Shown: positions 24,665 through 32,302 of the stretch, one piece after another
Layout: the number at the start of each line of letters is the position of its first letter
How positions within the stretch are numbered: the stretch's first letter is position 1
From: Atractiella rhizophila
Taxonomy: Eukaryota
Length of the DNA: 32,302 nucleotides
Reading direction: 5' to 3'
Assembly: GCA_021432655.1 (NCBI GenBank)
Contig: MU271379.1
Location: forward strand, 45,554-77,855
The notes under the pieces: model-generated
Databases searched by the model: none
Seen by the model: the letters and a program-made list of their open reading frames with translations, nothing else
What the model was told of the DNA's origin: nothing
Translations under genes and position numbers: made by a program

Positions 24665-25767
24665 TGGGGTCCAAGGGGCGAAGCCCCTGGCGGGGGGGGG
24701 GGATGCCCGAGGGACGAGGGCACTGACACACTTGTGTTTTTAATTCGGAAGAGAGGCTGACAGATTTGAAAGCCCTCTCGAGGGAGGTCAGAGGTAATGT
24801 GTTGTCACGTCAATCTGGCATGAACGAAGCTGATGTTCGAATTGTCAAAGCTACCTATGTGTTTTTTGGTTCGTTTCACTGACAAGTTGTGAATTACATC
24901 GTTGCTGATATCATGGCAGTACAGGAAGCAGATTCTCCTCTATGATACGATGGCAACTGTATTTATGATCATGTCCGTCACCGTCACTTAATTCCCCCTT
25001 TGACGTATTGCCAAGTCGTCAAACAGACCGCTCATCAATGACGCATCAAAGAAACCGCCGAAGCATGGGAAGAAGGAGAAGTCCTTTCGACTACAACACC
25101 AAGACGATGTTGTCGATGTTGATGTTGGTGTCAATGCGCCGCCAGTCAGAGCTTGTACCCTATGAAATCCAAAACTTCGCGAATGTTCATAATGTGATTT
25201 TGTGACATATGCCCACCAGAAGCTGATGAATCTGAGCTTCTCTACGCCTACATGCTTGTTTAATCATCAAACATGTGTGGTCCGGTGGGGTGGGCTCCTG
25301 CAACCAGACGAAGTTGAGACGTGGCATCCAGTATCAACACAGCAATTCCTAGAATCCAACCAGGCGGTCAGAAACGGTGAAAGACTCGCCCGCTGGCCCA
25401 GTCCGGCTTGCATTAAACCTAGCGGACACGTGACGGGGCACTGAAGCAACCCGTCCGCCCCGTGCCCGTCACCCGTCTATCCCGTGACGGTGAAAAGCCC
25501 TAGTTGAGAAGTGGCAGGGTACCTGGAAAGAGTTGTGAGTGGAGATGGTAGGTATCGCTGCATAGCAGCTGGGGTCCTGCACTGATTTGCTGGGCGACAG
25601 AAGCACTATAAGAATGCATACAACCTCCAAGGGTCAGTGTTTTCCCCATTGTCTCCTTATGAACTTGAACTGCGCTAGTAATCACCTTCATAATCCTCAT
25701 GATATCTCTCATCTCCTGGATATTATTCCTTGATTGAAGTAAATGCTGACGATGTGGTGTGGAACAG

Positions 25768-28337
25768 GTTGACGACAGCCATTGGCAATCAGATCGATAA
25801 ATCCAAAGCTCGCCCTAGCTTTTACCTCTACATATACCCCAAATACTTTCGGATAGAGCACTATGTATGTCCTTTTCCGCTCCCATTTGTTCCATGTGCT
25901 TGTTTTCTGTACTGTGATGCTTCTTCTCCACCATCAGACAGCAATGATATTTCACCATGCATCCGTGTAGAGTATTGAAAAACAGGGTGGCAATGCTGAC
26001 TGGATTCGAGGTGGGAGATCAGAAATATGATTCTCCCCACCTCATGAAGGACGGGCCGATGAATGTATGTCTTCCCTCTTGTCTTGGGCAGAGATGCTGA
26101 CGCTAATGGATGGACAGCAACTGATCCAAGACATCAGAAACCAAGTAATCTCTCCCGCCTTCGTCCCGCTTCTCGATGCCATGGGTATCAACTTCTACGA
26201 CGGTTGTCTGCTGGTAGAGATAGTGCAAGACCTCGATTCTTCCTCTCCCTCCACCTCTTCCTCCCTCGACGATCCCTCCTCCTCCCATTCAAACGAAGTA
26301 GAATCCGATCAACTGCCCACCCTGTCTACTGTAGACGGGAACTCCCATTNNNNNNNNNNNNNNNNNNNNNNNNNNNNNNNNNNNNNNNNNNNNNNNNNNN
26401 NNNNNNNNNNNNNNNNNNNNNNNNNNNNNNNNNNNNNNNNNNNNNNNNNNNNNNNNNNNNNNNNNNNNNNNNNNNNNNNNNNNNNNNNNNNNNNNNNNNN
26501 NNNNTAGGCTGTCAGTCGTAGGTCGGGAAGGTGAGAGTCCCTTTACGGTCGTCCTACGAACCCCTGTAACCCTCTGTCTCTTCTTTCTTTTTGCGTGACT
26601 ATGCAGAGGAGGAGGAGGAGGGGTAGGAGGGGAGGGGCGGAGAAGAGGCGGGAAGCGAGGCGGAGGAGGTAGGAGGAGGAGAAGAAACGGAAGCGGGAAG
26701 GGGGACAGACGAGAGGGAGGCGGGAACGGAGAAGGAAGGTGAAGCCGGAAGGGTTGCGGGTTAAGCGGCGGTAGCGATTCCATCCTAGGCCTAGGTTTGT
26801 GTGGCCGCACCTCCAGTTCAAGTTCTACCGGAAGAGATAGAGCTCGCTGTTGTCTGACAACAGGTAACACCGGCGTAACGACAGCTCCGACACACGCTAA
26901 CGACCTAGCCTCTCCTCTGCACACTTCAGAACTACGTCACAGTCCCTTCTCCACCTCTGCTCCTGGGCAAGGGCAAAGACGAAATCTCGCCGCCCGCCTG
27001 CCACGAGGAGGAGGACAACACTGGCGTAACTGTCACTACCCTACCAGCCTTTGACTTCACCTCCACTCCCCGAACCTAGCACCGCCGTCGGCCTACTTGG
27101 ACAGGGAACCCTCGCCGGCCCAAACTACAGATGAAGACGGACGGCGACAACAGCCACCGCTTACCCTCAAGGGCAGATGTCATCTGTCCCACCCGAAATT
27201 AACAGATGAGCCTTCCTGAACGCAATCGTGGCCTCCGACGTGCGCGAGAAGCTCAACGCAGCCAAAGAGCATCCAAAGCCCTTCATGCCATCCGCAGCGC
27301 AGTCAGCCTCTCATCCCTCCACCGCTACGAATGGAGCATCCGTCCCTCCCTCTGCCGCACTCCCCTCCGCCTCACTCGCAGTCGCGCCGCCCTCCACTCC
27401 ATCCCCCAAACGCATTCCCCAGCCGCCAACATTTCCTCAGACCTCTACACTTCCTCAATCCGGAAATCCCACACCTTCACTCCCTGAAAGCACTTTACAC
27501 TTGCCCGTCGCCTCTTCCAATACAGCTGCCACCGCGACCACTGTTAACGGCACGGTGGCGAAGCTTCCCTCGTCCATCTCCCTGGCTGGTCTCCGTGCAC
27601 CACCGTCCATCTTCCAAAACAGCTCCGGCGCTCCTTCGCACTCCCTAAACTTTCAGAATCCTTCTGAATCGATCCCAAAACTCGAGGCACTGCTGGCGAC
27701 TGCGGAGAAGCGGAGCGAAGTGTGGAAGAATGTGGAGAAGATGTTGGGGCTCGCATTGGCCCAGCAGCAACAACGACAGAGGATGACCACGGCCGCTCAA
27801 GATCAAGCTCAGGCTCAACAGGCAAGGATGGCTGGTACAGCAGGAGGGGCGGGAGGCGGAGCGAATCGATCAGTACAGGCCAGCTTGGTGGCGCTCCAAA
27901 GCTCTAATGCAGCCCTAGCAGCACAGCTGGCCTCGAATCCGCAACGGTTGGCCGCTCTCCAGGACAGGTCGAACAGGCAGCATTAGATTGGAACGGTCAT
28001 CAATGCCTTCCGAGCCTCGAATCCACAGGCGTTCTCTCATATGATGACCCAAGCAAATGGAGAGATGGCTGTGTTATGGAGCCTTGTCAGTCAACATGAA
28101 ATGAGAGTCATGCGACAGAACGCCGCTGATGCCGCTGACGCTGGTGGAGCTGGAGGGGGATCGACACCTGGACCGGGACCTGGACCTGCTGTAATGGGAG
28201 GGATCACCGCCGGGCAACAGGGCGTACAGAATCTTTTGAGGGCTCAGTTGCATCAACAACAGCAACAGCAAGGGAGGATGGGGATGGGGAATGGGATTGG
28301 AGGACAAATGGGCGGCTTCATCAGACCGCCACACTGA
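25768..28337 (+). pseudogene. SPT20: Spt20-like SAGA complex subunit, apparently nonsense-disrupted
   Basis: PSFYLYIYPKYFRIEH and QLIQDIRNQVISPAFVPLLDAMGINFYDGCLLVEI match the Spt20 domain (FYDGCL.VE). A long S/P/A/Q/G low-complexity C-terminus follows. An in-frame TAG at 27984-27986 separates ORFs 27228 and 28041, which are in the same frame. The first exon was not located, and the model spans an N gap. Confidence 0.75.
26350..26504. other. Assembly gap (155 N)
   Basis: Run of N bases. Confidence 1.
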
Positions 28338-30191
28338 GGGTTTCCGCTCTCGCTTCAACAACTATCGATGCTCCGGATTGTCCGAATGGAGGTTTGGTCT
28401 ATTCGAGAAAAATCTGGTCCCTCTGACAGGCACCACCTATCGCATTACGAACCTGGTCCCACTTGTCTCCAAAATTACACATGATCACTTCATCACTCAT
28501 ACCCTAATAGATGACGAATTGGGCTTTGGCTATGGATTCTGCATTCCAACAAGGGGGAAATATGGGCTCTTGTGTCTAATGTTTCTAACTCATCTCCTGA
28601 CTTTGATTTGATTCTGCTTTGAAGTTTTCTTGGAATGCCGAATGTGAACACTCGATATGTCATGACAGTCTTCTAAACGCTGGCAGCTGGCAGCACAGCC
28701 ACCGAAGAAAAAATATCTCCCTATGAGACTTAGAGGAAGAAAGTACAGCACATCGATTAACATTTACCAGTCTGGGCCGCCTCGACATTGGTTACCTTAT
28801 TACAGTGAGAACCAGCATGAAAATCGGCTTCGGACTAAGGAACGTTATGCCAACCGTAGTTGTGAGACTCTACTACGAAAAGCAAGTTCCTTTAGCTCGA
28901 GTAGAGCGAGAACTAAGAGGCTCAATCAACAAGTGAGAGCGTAAACGAAAAGAAAGACAGGAACAAGCTTATGCTAGACGCACTGAAGTGTCGGGCCGCT
29001 TATCAAGCTGTTTGGTCTCAGATACGGAGAGATTAATTCTTACAGAGGCGCTTCAAAGGCCCGGGAAACTTACCTCGATTCTTACTGCGCTTCCTGCTGT
29101 GAGGGCGAAGCAAGATGATGAGAAATAAGATGATTTTTACATTGGCAAGTGAGGCAGTTTTTATAGGCCAAAGAACAGATAAAAGATCAGAAAACATCGC
29201 TTATACAGGGCATGTTGTTTTCCCTGTCTTCACACCAAATCATCCCGAACATGATCAAGGGTTACGAGTGCAGCAGGCATGGTGGGAGCTCTAGACGGAC
29301 AAATCTGAAGAGGAACAAGAAGATACTTGAGGGTTGATGTACAGTTCATCTCACTTCAGCGCATGTCAAAGGGTCCCTGCTTTCGTCAAAGAGCCAGTCC
29401 ATCCGATAACTCCTGCATGCAAGTGCAAAGACACTTTATGCCGGTGGATCTTATCTGCTTGATGGCGATCAACTTGGATCATTTCTGGAAAATGGAGAAG
29501 AGTTGCCTATTTCTACTGTCAGTTGCTGTTAGGGGCTTGTTTAGTAATGAGGCGACAGAGAGAGGAGGGGAATAACCAGTACTCTGTCCCTTCCCTCGTC
29601 ATCATCACAGCATGCCAGAGCAGCTAAGACTCGTGCATGCACTCCATTTAGCAAGGTGACTTCTCTTGATTGCTAGGTATGAAGAGGTTCGAGCAAAAGA
29701 GGTGACATATTGGGTGGAGAATTAGGTTCGTGCGTCGCCCATTAGCACTTGCTAATTCAACGTTTGCTGCAGCAAAATGTTGTCCAAAGCTCAATCCACG
29801 AGCACCTCAAACTTAAGGGTGGAAGTATCGATTATGATCTGTTCATCAAGACCATGGCTGTGTCCAGGAGATTGATGAGTATGAGGATGAATTCATATTA
29901 TAGAGCTTACTACAGCCTGTTTGGTCATGAAGCTCTTGTTATGGACCAGTAACCATAAAGGACAATGGCCATCTCTTGCCTCTCTTCGTTTCTGTATAAC
30001 TCCCTTTCCTGCTCTCTGTTCTTTAGTTGAATTTGGCGAACACCAAATTATCTTCACACTGTACATGGCTGAGGAGGATCGTGTCAGCTTCCAAAACCAG
30101 GGATAACGCGATGCGTAGGTTAAGCTGCTGCTGTAGTCATGTGTGATGTTTGGGTTGAGAAAAATGCAATGACGTAATGGAATAAGAAGAA

Positions 30192-32302
30192 TCTATTCTT
30201 CTAAGAGCGTTGGGTTTCTTGGCGTGAGTCATAAGACGCACTTTTGAGCCCTCACACCTCCCACACCATGCACAGTAGAATGAAATGAATTATACCATCA
30301 TAACTCATATGCTTGCCCCTTTCTGAACCTGCAAGGAAATTTTATTCTGAAAGGGTTGAAAAAATGTGTTTTGTGCTGGACTCAAACCCTTGAAAGCAGG
30401 GAAATAGCCACCAATGTCCCCGCAATTCCGCCGCAGCAGCCCCGCAATAAACCAAATTCTGCCGCAGCAGCGGTGCCCAGAATTGCCCTGCATGCAATTT
30501 TTTTAAGCACGGCTTGATCTTTTCTCTGAGGTTTGATCTTTTCTCTGATCTCAGGTTGTGTGCCAAAGTTGGCTTTTGCCTTTCATGAGGGAAGGAAAGG
30601 ACTGATATGTAAGTGAAATATAGCCTGTTACATGCTTCTGATGGCCAAGTAGACTTCATTATGCCCCGTCCCAAGCAAAAAAAGGGTGCTGAGACACGAA
30701 TTCGTGCCCAGCAGCAGAGGCGAGAAGATAGCCCCATTGATCCTCCCCGGCGTTCAGAGAGGCGTGTTGCAGGGTTACCTCAGCGCTTTCAGCTTACACA
30801 ACCACACCTCCTCAACATTTGACCCGTGAGATTCAGCAGCAGCAGCAAGCACATGCTCCGCAGAGGCAACGCCGTCAACGTCGCCAACCAGACCCAGAAC
30901 CATTAGGCAGCAATGCAGACTCATCTGATGAAGACCTTGAAGAAAATGATCTACACAATGCAAGATATGTTCCACCACGGGATGAGAGGCAAGACCGTCA
31001 TCCTTTTGCTGCATTCAACTATTCTCCGCATACTGTTGAAACCTTGAAACTCTCCGGCTGGAACACTGTCTTCTGCTCACACTGTGGTGCATTTCGTTGG
31101 CTAGAGGAAAGGACGTCAGATAGCTCCAAAAGAAGACCAGAGTTTTCTTATTGCTGTCTCCATGGAAAGGTAGTCCTGCCAGCTTATGACGACCCTCCTC
31201 CAGAACTACTCAGCTTCTTAATCCTGAAGCACCAGAATCGAAACAGTTCCGCGAGAATATACGTTCCTATAACAACGCTCTTTCCTTTACTTCCCTTGGT
31301 GTCAAGCGACCTCCTATTCCAGGTCATGGAGTTTATTCTTTCCGGATCCAAGGAGAGCTTTGTCATCGAATTGGGGCACTGCTACCAAACTCTGATGGTG
31401 AGGAGAAATTTGCACAGATCTACATGCTCGATCCATCAGAACAGATCCAGCAGAGGTTAGGAGTTGTTGGGGGAGTAAGTTAAAGGAGAATATATTAAGA
31501 AGACTTCAAGAGATGATCTGGCGCGAGAATCCCTGGCCATATATCTATCAAATTGCGAAGGAGCGAATGCAAGACGCTCCCACACTACAACTACACCTTC
31601 GGACTATTGATCCCAAGGACAAGGACCCTCGGCGATACAATAAGCCAACAGGCCATGGGATAGGAGAAATAGCGGTTCTACTCATTGGAGGGGAATCAGG
31701 AGCCTCAGCAGGGGTTACGAGAGACATTATAGTCAAACTTAGGCGTCCTGATGGTCAGCGCTATTACGACAAAGTCAGTGATCAGAATGCCAACTACCTT
31801 CCACTGCGTTTTCCACTTTTGTTTCCTTATGGTGAGCAAGGATGGCATGCCTATATTCCCCTACGGGACAAAGATTTGCTTCGACCTGGACCACGAGAGG
31901 AATATCGAAACGATGATGGACAAATCGTTGGAAACATGGGAGAACAGGAACACGTTACTCAAACGAACTACTACTCTTACCTTCTCCATCTAAAAAAGGA
32001 CACCTTCTCTCTCATTCATCATGGCGGCCGTCTCTTTCAGGAATTTGTTTGTGATGGATATGCACAAATTGAAAGTGGACGATTGAACTTCCTTCGATTC
32101 AATCAAGCATTGCTCCGAACAGAGTCTTATGCTGGGCTTGGCGATGCCTTGGAGGATGGACGAGACCCTGTAAATGTTGGCAGGCGAACTATTCTGCCCT
32201 CATCGCACAGTGGCAGTCCTCGGCAGATGAATCAACAGTTTCAGGATGCAATGGCGATTGTTGGAAACCGAGGCTCTCCTACTATCTTTACAACATTTAC
32301 CT
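30192..32302 (+). mobile_element. Helitron 2 (5' part; runs off the window end)
   Basis: 5' end A|TCTATTCTTCTAAG with the ACTTTTGAGCCC motif ~50 bp inside, the same spacing as in Helitron 1. Followed by Rep/Hel coding sequence. Confidence 0.9.
30661..32302 (+). pseudogene. Helitron Rep/helicase N-terminal half, frameshifted
   Basis: MPRPKQKK...; CSHCGAFRWLEE..FSYCCLHGKV; YNNALSFTSLG; FAQIYMLD; YLPLRFPLLFPYGEQGW; ILPSSHSGSPRQM; IFTTFT at the window edge. Frame changes occur near 30805 and 31220. Confidence 0.95.

Larger units (their letters stand above)
20902..24734 (+). mobile_element. Helitron 1 (both termini present, internally deleted)
   Basis: 5' end A|TCCTTCCTTATATATAAAGC. 3' end is a GC hairpin (TGCCC...GGGCA, 24704-24722) followed by CTTG|T. 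The element sits between A and T with no TSD and contains Rep/helicase coding remnants. Confidence 0.9.

Noticed and set aside
26289..26924. 211-aa minus-strand Pro/Leu-rich ORF
   Set aside because: It is the antisense shadow of a purine-rich Spt20 segment, and its length is inflated by the N gap.
8745..27986. UAG codon reassignment explaining the in-frame TAGs
   Set aside because: In-frame TGA stops and frameshifts are also common, and TAG appears to end the LRR-like gene at 19860. General decay is the simpler explanation.
29300..30110. Short plus-strand ORFs upstream of Helitron 2
   Set aside because: They are fragmentary, stop-interrupted and unidentifiable.

Overview
Eukaryotic, intron-rich DNA. 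Short ~50-60 nt GT-AG introns and the gene families present point to a basidiomycete fungus. The window is a transposon-rich region in which most coding sequence is decayed. From left to right it holds: two minus-strand multi-exon DUF6534-like membrane-protein genes flanking a decayed hAT transposase; a ~250 bp non-autonomous mini-Helitron; a truncated aldo-keto reductase pseudogene; an F-box/LRR-like gene remnant next to a full-ended but internally deleted Helitron (20902-24734, A|TC...CTTG|T); an Spt20-like (SAGA) gene with in-frame stops and a 155-N assembly gap; and a second, divergent Helitron (30192 to the window end). I see no CRISPR array, rRNA or prokaryote-type system. The most interesting signals are in the Helitrons: a tRNA-like Pol III cassette in the 5' region of Helitron 1, a 94%-AT island inside its helicase frame, an intron present in only one of the two Rep/Hel genes, a hairpin-rich 3' end, and the mini-element. 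All calls were made by eye and no database searches were run.
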